Below are positions 52,837 through 64,000 of a DNA stretch of 64,000 nt, piece by piece; positions within the stretch are counted from its first letter, which is position 1, and the number at the start of each line of letters is the position of its first letter. Under the pieces are notes generated by a model. That model was not told the origin of the DNA. It ran no database searches and worked only from the letters and a program-made list of their open reading frames with translations. The translations under genes were made by a program, and so were the position numbers. Source of the stretch: Nymphaea colorata (lineage: Eukaryota); assembly GCF_008831285.2 (NCBI RefSeq), contig NC_045138.2:36704001-36768000 (forward strand), in the 5' to 3' direction.

Positions 52837-55800
52837 ATGCTAGTCTTGAAGTCCCTTTCTAAGAGATCGTGGTGTAGCTTAAGCTTATCACGAGCATTTA
52901 ATTCGCTGACAGTTTTAAAATTTCGCCCAACTATGTCGAGCTTGGAGGAGCCCCTTGGTTTTGAGAAGTTGCCCAACTTAAAGAATGTTAGTAGGATGCA
53001 AGTCTTCTCTAGTTCTTGCAGGCCAAGGGTTGATGAAGAAGAACTTGGAAATTGCTTAGCTGAAGGGAGGAACTGCAGTTCTTCTAACAGTTACAATGAG
53101 TATGTTGAAAGTTTCCATCCTATTCTTTCATTTTTTGTAGCTTTGAATCCATTGCATCGTTGTTGGTACTTATTGGTTCTTTTGAGTTTTGACCTTTGTT
53201 TTGAAAACTTCCATGTACTTAATTTCTTACTGCAGTGAAATGTATACCAGAGAGACATACCCATGTAGGAAACAGACAAGAGATGTCTTCAGAAGAGACG
53301 TGTTGGATCGTGCATCATTTCTTCCTAGGAGAAGTCAGATGAATTCCAATAGTGTCTGTGGTTTATTGTTTCTTGGCAAGCGTAGGTACAATTCACAAAG
53401 TGGTGAAAGGGGTATAAGAGGTCTTACGGATAAGGTGATATCATACTCTAATGTATCCTTCCTTTCTGAACTGAAGCTTCTTTTGTATTAGGCAGTGACC
53501 AAGCATGGATTGCTGAGTGTTATTGCATTCATAGTATGACTTGCTGCTAATTATCAGCACAGACAGACTTAGTGAAGTATGTCTCAAAATGGAAAGGAAT
53601 ACATAAACTCAACTTTGAAGTATTCTGGATTTTATCTTCGAGAAAGTAAACCAGAATATTTCCTATGGATTGTCTCTATAGGTTTGAAATACTTTATTAT
53701 CTTGTCAGGGAACCCGTTCAGGAAAACATTGTGCGAGTGAAATTTGTTCATGAGGACTTATAGACATGCTTAAAAATCTCATGCCTGTGTGCCCGACTCA
53801 GTTGTGTTGGCTTTATTGATTGGTTGATTTGCGTTACTATTATGGTGCTGCTAAGTAAAATCTTAGCATCTACTAAAATGAAGACTTAGAAAAGTTAACA
53901 AAAATATGAAGAAAAAACTTTTAGAAGGTTTCTAAAATGATGTAAAGCAAAGTTAAGCATCTTAGCGTGCTTTTAAGTAGTTGGTACACTGAACGTTCTA
54001 CAATTCCTGTCCTCATTTATTCCTTGTATTAGGGACATGGTTATCTGTTTTTTCACTATGCTGGAGACAATACTTTTTTCTCTGTCACTTCATTCATTTC
54101 ATTGTCACATATATCGTGTTTGGGAATTATACAGCGAGGAATTTCTCGAGTATACTACAACAAAGTTGTATATCACAGGAATATCTCAACAAATTTTTTA
54201 AAAATTGAACACATTTAAAAATCCTGAAAATTATAAAAAAATAAAATAAATAAGAAATTAATAAAAAATATGAAAAAACACAAAAAATGCATATGATATG
54301 TGTTTTTTTCATTTTTTTATATTCTGGCATTTTTTTAAAAAAAGACGCTTCTTATTGCCGTTGTATACGGCTGACTTATTTTTTGCATATTTAACGTGTT
54401 TCGATGAACTCGCGATATTTGTGACAGTTATTCATTTTACTTCTCGAACTTGTTCTTTGTTACCTTATATTTTTTACTTCACTAATTTCTTTGTTATCTT
54501 TGGCCTCTATCAATGTTGTAAACAATTTATCGCAACCTGTATCAGTCAGGCTAATAGATCCATTCTATTGTAAAAATAAAATATTGTATCATAGAATTAA
54601 TTTTTTAATTCAAAAAAGTCAGAAAAATATCGAAAAACTCAGAAAAAATAAGGAGAAATCAAGAAAAAAATTGTGGCAGATTCCATGCAATAGAATTAGT
54701 GCTTTCATGATTCTTTATAGAAGAGCCTATGTTTGTCTTCCAAATAAGAAAAAATGTTATATGACCATTGACCATTAAGTTATTTTAAGACTCCAAGGAG
54801 TATAAGTTATGCACAACAAAAAATTATTGATTTTGCAACCCATTTGACCATCTTTTAAAGAATGAGAATAGTCATTCATATAATGCCAAAAAGAAATTCA
54901 CAGCCAAGGTTTATTATAGAATTTATTCAAGCCAACACAGGCAATAATGTTAATATCAAGTTTAAACTTTAGAGCATATTACAATCCTTTTTAGGTGCTT
55001 AGATTTGTTTGGCACATAATCTGTGTAGCATCTATTAGCAACTCCATACATGCTCACAAATTACATATTACTATGCGTTGCTGAATCCTAGAGATTGGGT
55101 GATACATGTTATTCTTCTCGAAAATACTTTTAAAAGTAAAATTGACAGCTCATAGTCACATTGTTTAAATAAAAAAATCAGAAAAGTTGAGAGAAAAAAA
55201 ATTATGGCACCAACAAAATTAGAATTTTTATAGTTTTGACCTATGTGTATCGCGTATCATACAATCCAGGCTCTGTATCATACAATTTGTATGATACATA
55301 TATGATACACTACCTATTTATGTTACTGCTGGTGTACCCTATTGTAAAATCAGAAAAAGAGATAATACGTACAACACTGGCCTCTATTACATTGTCAGGT
55401 TGAACCAATCAGGTTCTCGATAGCTTCTGATGATGGCCATGATTATGGATGTCATGTACTCATCTATGTATTAGGAACTTGCGTGATACCTCCAAATAAA
55501 CTTTGTGTTTTTCTTGCATGGATTATTTGCCAGACCTCCTTGCTTCTAGATTAAGCTTGTGTCACTGTTTGATTTCTCAACACATGAGATATCCTATGAA
55601 ACTGTTAGTAATGCAGTTGAATTGCTTCCATCTACATTTTAACTACATGTCCAGCATATTTGGTGTTTTCATTTTCTTCATGTGTTAAATCTTCATGTTA
55701 TTATTGTTATGTTATGGTGCTTTAACTTTTTCTGGTGGTGCAGTGTCTTGGGGAAGCGCCTCATTTTGTAAAGATTGTGGAGGTTGGGCCAAGGGATGGA

Positions 55801-58800
55801 TTGCAAAATGAGAAGGATATTGTCCCTACAGATGTAAAGATTGAACTAATCCACAAACTTGTTTCTTCTGGGTTGCCAGTTGTTGAAGCTACAAGCTTTG
55901 TCTCACCAAAATGGGTACCACAGGTATAACTTCCTCAATCACCCCATTTTGTTGTGGCCTTGTGTTGTAACTTTAACTTCTCAATCACCCCATTCTGTTC
56001 TCACCTTCTGTTGTTTGTTTGGACCTCACACTTGATGAACTCATAGCAGTATATTGGTTGTGTCTTATAATGATATTTATCTGAAATTATAGTTATTTTT
56101 CTCAGATAAACTGTGAGAATGAGCATTATAAGCTTGTCTCATGTGGTGCCCATTTTGATAGCGCAGGAAGTAGCTAGATGAAAAGAATGAAACAGTTGTG
56201 TATGTCAGCTGATTTTGTATGTTCTTACCAACTACAAAGAAATGCAAGTAGACAATATTCGCTTAGACACCACACCCGATGAGAAAATGGCTGATTGCGC
56301 TACAAATAACATTGTTGCATCAGTTAAGTAGCTCGTTGAACGTCAAGAATCAAACTTCCATTGGAACCACTGATCCTTAGCCTTTTCTGCCTTTTATTAG
56401 TAGCAAGAGATATGACTTGAAAGTTGAAGTTTGCTTATAATGTCTTGTATCATTATGCTATCACCTGGGTTTAGGCTGTTGAGCAGGTGCTTTTCTGCGT
56501 TAATCATCATTAGGTTTAATGATGTTGGTATTTGAAAATTTCTTTTGCATAAATTGTCTTTTTTTTTTGTGCTTGCACTTGTGTATATTCATGCATGTGC
56601 TACTAAGATGAATTATTGGGAGACTTTTCTTTGCCGTTGCTTGTGCCAACTGAAAAAGGGAAACTTTTGGCCCTTGTTTGAATAGATAAATATAGTGGAG
56701 TACTTGCATTAATCTTTCCAAGTTTTGCCTCTCCTCCAACAATCGAGCCAGGCCCAAAATCTATTACTGCTGAACCACATTTACAAGAAAATGCATGACA
56801 CTGATTATGTTATTTTTCGTTCTTTAGAGAAAAATCAAGTTGACTATATTTTCATGATTAATGAGTTCCATTATTATGTTCCACTGATGAATATAAAACA
56901 AGCATAGTGCAATTAAAGAGATGATTTGCAGTTTGATTTTTTCATTTACTACTTGTGAGTTGTGACTTGTATCGTATGCTTATGGTAAAATATTGAGAAT
57001 AGATTAAGCTAAACATAACAGAAAGAGTTGGCACTTTTATTGGTGTCTTCTTAATGACTTTAATATGTCAATTACAGCTGGCAGATGCCAAGGATGTAAT
57101 GAACGCTGTTAAAGACATCAAGGGAGTGCAACTGCCTGTTCTTACACCAAATATGAAAGTTAGTTTATTTTAATTCTTTTATTACACCTTTCTGTTCAGA
57201 TCATTATAATCTCAACTTTCAGAATCCGGGATGAATCATGCTGAAATGCAGGGTTTTGAGGCTGCCATTGCAGCTGGTGCAAAGGAAGTTGCCATTTTTG
57301 CATCAGCATCTGAATCATTTTCCAAGTCAAATATTAATTGCAGCATTGAGGAGAGCCTGTCTCGATATCGTGAGGTTGCTTCTGCTGCAAGAAGACTCTC
57401 AGTTCCTATCAGAGGGTATGCCAGAGTTGTGCTAGATAATTAATAATTTAATATTTAAGCTCCTTATTTAGAATTTGCAGACAGATCGTTTTTTTTGAAC
57501 TATAATCTGAAGCATGGATCAAGGGCTGCACCACTTGTGGCTTTCTTTTTATCCTAAGAAATTGTTTGTGTTTCAACGTGACAGATATGTATCTTGTGTG
57601 GTTGGGTGCCCTGTTCAAGGGTATGTCCCTCCTTCAAATGTAGCATATGTTGCAAAGGAGCTTTATGATATGGGCTGCTTTGAGATCTCTCTTGGTGATA
57701 CTGTCGGTGTTGGTACTCCTGGTATGCTCTCATGCTGAATATCTTTAAGATTAACTCTCTCTTTGCATGGTGACATATGTAGGTCCGTACCAGTAGACAT
57801 GATCGATGCCTTCCTATTCCTTTTCTGCCTACAAGCAAACATGGTTAACTTTTCCACGTAGACTATGGGTTCTTTCTTTTCAATATTATTTTTACAATTG
57901 ACATTGTCCACATTTAGTTTTATCGGTTTACTTTACTAGTTTATCTTTGCATTCTCTTCCATCTACAAGTGCATCTAGGCAACCCTGTCTATCCCTTTGG
58001 ATTGGGTATGGGAAACTGATGATCTTAAGCTTCCTATTAACTGTGACTAGTTTATCCTTGTGTTATATTCCATACAAAAGCAGGTTTAGGCGAACCTGTT
58101 CACGCATGGGCTTGTATATGTCATTATGATCTCAAGCTTCCTCAGCAATGCAGTGTCGAGCAAGTGTCTCATTTATCATTCCCTTGGTTTAGAAGATTCC
58201 ATGCGATAATGAGTTGCCTGAGTTTGAAGGAACCATGTAGCTTCCATTCCATTTTGGGTTGTTGGCTATTAGCTGAATTTAAAACTAATTGGTGTCCTGC
58301 AAAATGGTTGGGATATTGCACCGTTTATGCTGGTTTCTTTTCCCTTCTTTTTTTACTTTGTTTGGAAAGTCAAGCCATTTGATGGTTCACTGGTTAAGAG
58401 CCATATTTATCTCTGCGTTCTATTTTCATGGATTTGATAGAGACTTGCACAGGGTCCTTCCTCCTTACATGCTGTACTGTTTCTTAATGTGGCCAATCCG
58501 GTTGAGCTGCCAAAAAATGCACTTGCATGTACACCTCTATGCAATACAAGTTGGTCCACAAGAAACACAAATTCAAAGTTATCGATGTCCATTTCTTTTG
58601 GGCTCTTGGACTCTTTATTTTGGCTGACCATGAGCTGAATCCGTAGTATCAGACATCTAGATAATCTTGTGGGGTAATAATTGCATATTGATTTCCTTTG
58701 TTGGTCTCAGGTACTGTAATTCCAATGTTGGAAGCTGTGATGGCTGTTGTTCCGGCAGAAAAACTTGCCGTCCATTTCCATGATACCTATGGTCAATCAC

Positions 58801-59162
58801 TCTCTAATATCCTGGTGTCTCTCCAGGTACTGCATTGGGTTCTGTTTCTGGTAAATTTGTTAGTAATGCTTTTTTCTGTTTCATTTTCACTCATCAGTCT
58901 TTCCTTTAACCAGATGGGAATCAGCACTGTGGATTCATCTGTTGCTGGGCTTGGGGGTTGCCCATATGCTAAGGGCGCTTCTGGTAATGTGGCTACTGAA
59001 GACGTTGTATATCTGTTGAATGGGCTTGGGATAAGGACTAACGTGGACTTGGGTAAGCTGATGGCTGCTGGAGATTTCATCTGCAAGCACCTGGGCCGTC
59101 AATCTGGATCCAAGACCGCCATTGCTTTGAGCAGGCTCACATGCGATGCCTCTAAGATTTGA
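52837..59162 (+). CDS. HMGCL: Hydroxymethylglutaryl-CoA lyase, 462 aa (430 aa from the second ATG at 52933)
   Basis: Exons 52837-53099, 53236-53434, 55744-55923, 57078-57158, 57252-57415, 57585-57721, 58711-58826, 58914-59162; GT-AG, 1389 nt in frame. Motifs [62 protein letters not shown]; ends ASKI. Confidence 0.95.
54161..55379. mobile_element. Degenerate non-autonomous transposon remnant in HMGCL intron 2
   Basis: Very AT-rich insert, GTATCATACA/TGATAC repeats at 55245-55310, end ATACGTACAACACTG with only a weak inverted match (CAAAGTTGTATATC) at the left. Confidence 0.3.
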
Positions 59163-61573
59163 TGAGACAAAATTATTATATATCGGGATCATAAGCAGAA
59201 AATGAGTCTGCATTTAAGCATGTAAAAAATCTATAGGCATATGTATGCCTCATCCCTATGCAAGTGGGGTTAGGTTATATGAGGACGATGGTTATTGATC
59301 TTTGTGATCATATTATGTATAACAGATGAATAAATTGAACAAAAAAACTGTGAGAACATTTTTAAGGCTATAAAATTCGTAAATGCAATAGGGTCAATTT
59401 CTTCGTTTGCTTTGCGTTAACTTCTTGTCTTATCGTGCATGATAGAACAAGGCCTCTTCAGTTATGGAATAAAACTTCGGAAGGTAAATAAGTTTGAGGA
59501 AGAATTTTCCTACTATTTACCTTTGCTTTTGTTTTTGTTTTCCTGTTGACCCTTGCCGATGTTGATAAACCAATTGTGAGATGTTCCTGTGAAGGTAAGG
59601 AGAAAATATAAGACAGGCATACTAAACGTTTAATGTTAATTGGAAAAGATTTATTTCGTCATACTTGATTCCTAAAGCATCAATAAATGGGTGCAATTGT
59701 GGAAAGAACGTGAAACACTGTCTGGCAGTCAATCGGTCGTTCGTGGATTTCCGTACCCTGCATGTTCATCACTTCGAGCCTGCAATCTTGTTCACACTGA
59801 TGCTATTACAAAAGTTGGAGATTCTGAGAACAAAAACTATAATTAGGCCCTTTCGTTTTTTTTTTTTAATATTAATATAAAAAATGAGGTGCAAGCGAGA
59901 AGCGAGCAAGATCTGTCTATCCAAGCGAGGAGTTGGTTTCAAGATTTCCAGAGCTCAAGGAGGCCAATAATTCAATAGTGGGGAGTGCATCTTATATAAA
60001 AAACTGGCAGGAGTCTCACTAGTACTGGCTTCTCAGGTAAAAGGAGTGCTAAGAAGCCTGCAGCACTAGTTCTTATGGGCAGTTGTCAAGTTTATTCTGT
60101 TAGTTAATCGTGGCAGTTGCCAACAGGAGCTTCCTCTCATTGGTAACATGTAGATTCAAAATTGAACCTCACAGCGGTACAAGCTCAAAGGTCAGGACCT
60201 TCGCCCTCAGAAGCCAAAGCACTCGTCAATTTGGGGTCGGACCACCCATATAACGCGAACAATTATGGGTGAGGCGTACCTCCTAGAAATTTTCAAGCCC
60301 TTTGAATGCTCGTTGCAGGTTCATAACTGAGGGGGCCGAAATGGAGTTCCTTACTGAAAAAATTGAAAGGCGTAGCAGCTTAAATTACTCTCGTTTGTTT
60401 GGTTTCTGTTACTCAATCGAACTAACAACAGATCGGATTCAGCGTGGTTTTTAGATAATGTCAGATAGGTTTAAATCCTGAGATCAGCCAGCTACTTTTC
60501 ACATTTTAACACAGCTACTCTTTCCTTCTCAATCATAATCTGATGAGCGGTTTAAATGATCGGGGACGTTAGGATTAAGGGCGGACAATACCCAACAGCA
60601 CTACAATATTCCGTCATCCTCGATAGGGTTTCAGGTCACCAATCACTTGGCACCCCATGTCCGTTCTCATGCATGAATGCTGGTTTTCTAAAATTTCGGA
60701 AGACAATGCCAAGTGTGTAGGCAGATCGTGTTTGGATTAAATTTAGGTACAACATCTGACTACTTGGAAATTTATCTAGTTGAATTTGCATTTAGATTAC
60801 AAACACCAAATGGAATTCTTATTTTTTGCATAAAACCTGATTCAGATATGCATCGAAGGCAGTCATTTGAAAGTTTTAAGAACTTGAGCGTGCTTTGTAA
60901 ATTGTTCCTTTCCTCACAATGATCCACATTGACTTCTTCCTCGACGAAGGGTGGTAGCCGTCCAGGTGAAGATTCCGTTACGCTCAGGCCTCCTTCGGCC
61001 AGGGTGCTAGAGGAGACTCGACTTGGTCGTCCAAAAGTGCAGTTTACTGCCAATCGGAGTGTTGATGCCAGTAAAAATCACGTCGCTTGAAGTTTGCCCT
61101 AAAATCATTAATGCAGCATGACATGAACCGACACTAAGAGCACTAGTTTTCATAATTAAATTCATTCACAATCTTGCATTGATCTTACTCACACCAGTCA
61201 TTTCAATTCGTCCACATTTCCAGCCTGTAAACAAGCAAAACAAAATTCTGAGAGGCCCCTGATTCCCGTTCTCATCATGCACAAGGGGGCCAAAGGAGCA
61301 CAGATGCCAAAAAACCTTCTATCCGTGTCAATCATATGAACGTTGAACGTACTCTCTTGTTCATGTGTCTTGTTCTCGTCTCTCCACTCCACTTATCATC
61401 CGATCCGTCTAACTTCCTTCTTCCTCTTAGTCTTGGGATCCAAAACGCCGATTCGCAAGTCAATTCGAGTGACAAGATTGCTGATGCTTTCCCCTTCAAC
61501 GTTTTTGTGCATGTTCGAAAAATAAAAGGGAAATCTGTAACACAGCAGGGGTATAAGAAAGCACATCCATTTG

Positions 61574-63839
61574 TTATGGGTGGTCGTCAAGGTTGAGACT
61601 GAACATGCTCTCAATGTCTGGGGTCACGACGGCGCGTTTTGTGAGTTCGCCGAGATTGCAGAAGTGCTTCTCTTCAGTGTTGATCACGCACACGTCTTGC
61701 GCAAAAGAGCACTCTGGGCTAGATGAAACCTGCAACCACCAACACAAAAAGTCAGCTTTGAATGCACTCAGAACCACAAATGAATCTACACGTGCACTCT
61801 TGATGATGACAATGACGCAGGAAATTGGGCAATAATAAACACGTTTCCGATGAACTTAAAGCAGGAAGCTGTTCTACAATCACGTCCTTGACGAAGGTAA
61901 GAACCAACGATAATGTACTCAATCGAATCGAAGCTCCCGATCTCATATTGGAATGTGACACCGACTCGCCAAGTTAGCTGTGTTTTGGCCATGTTTCTGT
62001 TTAATCTGCGTGTACACTTGTCCACACGGTTTGTAAATGAGACTCTCCACTACTCCATCAGGCTGTAAAGGTAGCAAAAAGTTTCCCAACACAAATTCGA
62101 CTGAGTTGCTACTAGGAAATGAACATCATATATGGAGACATCTGCCACCACAGTTGGCAGGCAAGGGGGTTGCAAGGATATAAAAAGTGGCCGTAATCAA
62201 CAAGATATCTGTGTGCTAGCTACTTTTAGCATGGATGGTTCAGTATATGTAAGTTTGTATACAACCACGTACATTAATCAACAAGATATCTGTGTGCTAG
62301 CTACTTTTAGCATGGATGGTTCAGTATATGTAAGTTTGTATACAACCACGTACATCTGCATGGTTCGGGATGTGAATGCACACGCAGGGTTCACGATATT
62401 TGGATGTTATGATCAACTTCTTTAGTCCTGACGTAGTGGTCAAATAAATGTCACATGAAATATTTTCACCATAGCTGATGGATCCAAAATACACTTAATA
62501 ATACCACAAGCATAAACACATAAACATGGTTTCGCGACAAATCATTGAACGGACCATGTACGCAGAGGGTCCTTTCTAATTTTCATGCTGAAACAGATGC
62601 ATATTGAGCCAAAGGGCCTGGGTCCTAATAGCATTAGTTAGAAGTTAATGTAAACACTGAGCCGCACTTCCTCCAGAAAGCGTCTTTCCTACCATAGTGA
62701 TGTTTAATGAAGTATGCCTAATTAACGCAGGCAAAACAAGAGTACCTTGACATTCAGACGAATTTAAGCAAATGAAACACAAGAAACACATGAAGAAGGC
62801 GCAACTTGCAGAGGAAAAAAAAAACTGGAAATCCTTCAGAATGTATTTCTGTGTGTGTGTGTGAGAAAGAGAGAGAGAGAGACAAACATCAAACAGAGCA
62901 TCTCCAATTTTCATTTTGATGGTGCCATTTTCGTATACCATCATTTTCCCCACAGAGCCTGCCTGTAGATCTTGTAATTTGCAAGCTATTTGTGACCTAG
63001 AACCGGGGTCAGCTTCTTCTTCTTTACCCACGGCAGTAGCAGATCGTTTGAGCAAAGGTAAACTCACGGGAAACTGAAACAGGAACATCTGTGGTTCTGC
63101 CTTGTCCTCCTGTATGGTAAAAGTTTAGCCTGAAAATCGCATACACAGAAAAGCTAAAACATGACTATTGCCATGTAACACATCATGCAACTTAACCATC
63201 AAACCAAGCTCCACAGCTGCCTTTAGAGATTCTTCATCAGAAAGATTTGATGCAGAGGCTTCTCCAAACTCCTTTTCATCAAGAAGTTCTAGCGTACATC
63301 AAGAAAAAATGTTATATCATAAAAATCACTCCACAAAATAAATTAAGCATTTTTACCAACGAAAGCAACAAGACTGCTGAAAACGATAAACATACCAGGA
63401 TCCCCAGAGTATGGCCGTCTCAAAGGAACGGAAATAGGATAATATGAATAATAGTTCTGCAGAGGAAACACAAATAATTACCATTTGTGTCCTTTCCATA
63501 AGAGAGTTCATAGAAAAGGTTTTATGATGCAAGACAGAAACTTTGTTTCAAAAGGAAAAGATGCCACTCACAAACGGTTCTTCATATTCATCTTCAACTG
63601 CTGAGTCTGTGGATCCATTTCCATCTGCATGAAATGGCCATTGGATGAAAGATACCGTGAGCATACACAATACAACATATATATATGTGTGCGTGTGTCA
63701 AGAAAAGAAGAGATGGAAGTTACACTACCTAAAGCAGAAGCTGATTGGATGGATGTGCTCCTTGCGCCAAATCTGATCTGCTGTGGCCTGGAGGAACCAG
63801 CTGATTGACCATATCCAAATGCAACTTGCACTGGTGCAG
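61574..63839 (-). CDS. RPC4: DNA-directed RNA polymerase III subunit RPC4 (RPC53/POLR3D), 3' exons; gene continues beyond the right edge
   Basis: Exons 63839-63729, 63624-63572, 63456-63396, 63288-63197, 63109-62888, 61729-61574; phases consistent. QVAFG, YYSYYPISVPLRRPYSGDPELLDEKEFG, MFLFQFP, GKMMVYENGTIKMKIGDALFDV, GELTKRAVVTPD. Confidence 0.9.
62194..62355. repeat. Perfect 81-bp tandem duplication in the last RPC4 intron
   Basis: TAATCAACAAGATATCTG...ACAACCACGTACAT twice (62194-62274, 62275-62355). Confidence 0.95.
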
Positions 63840-64000
63840 CTGCCAAAAAAAAGAAATGAAAATGAGAAACAAGAATAATTGCACACTATACCTCCAAGCA
63901 TATTTCTTGTGTCTTAATTGTGACCACATGCATATGCTCTCACTAAGACAAACTGAAAGGTCCACCAGAACAGTTTGTACAGAGGCTATAAGATCAACAT

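Noticed and set aside
53453..53460. GTATCCTT (U12 donor consensus) 18 nt into HMGCL intron 2, in frame
   Set aside because: The upstream AAG|GTGAT donor gives the expected protein, and the candidate branch site near 55720 (TGCTTTAAC) fits the U12 consensus poorly; likely chance unless junction reads show use.
60772..61053. 93-aa minus-strand ORF downstream of RPC4
   Set aside because: Non-ATG start and no recognisable motif; probably 3'UTR or intergenic sequence.

Overview
AT-rich, intron-containing flowering-plant nuclear DNA; the species cannot be determined from the window. Eight spliced protein-coding genes can be built by hand, and every multi-exon model stays in frame: a CDPK-related kinase (-, first exon only, runs off the left edge), the organellar Holliday-junction resolvase MOC1 (+), a TBL8/9-like polysaccharide O-acetyltransferase (-), a METTL21-like methyltransferase (-), a subfamily-Vb bHLH (-), a long PIN auxin efflux carrier (-), HMG-CoA lyase (+) and the RNA polymerase III subunit RPC4 (-, runs off the right edge). 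A decayed, intron-containing duplicate of the TBL gene lies next to the intact copy. Intergenic and intronic DNA holds MITE-like remnants, short tandem duplications and microsatellites. The most unusual signals are: (1) a minor-spliceosome (U12-type) intron with apparent GT-AT termini, plus a GC-AG intron, in the methyltransferase; (2) possible mitochondrial/peroxisomal dual targeting of HMG-CoA lyase, and a stop-free in-frame hydrophobic last intron in that gene; (3) a PIN loop that lacks the third TPRxS motif and has a His/Gln-rich insert, in a gene neighbourhood suggesting SoPIN1/PIN11; (4) two candidate miRNA-like hairpins at 4.3-5.3 kb. No rRNA, tRNA, CRISPR array, intact transposase or wholly new multi-gene system could be supported.
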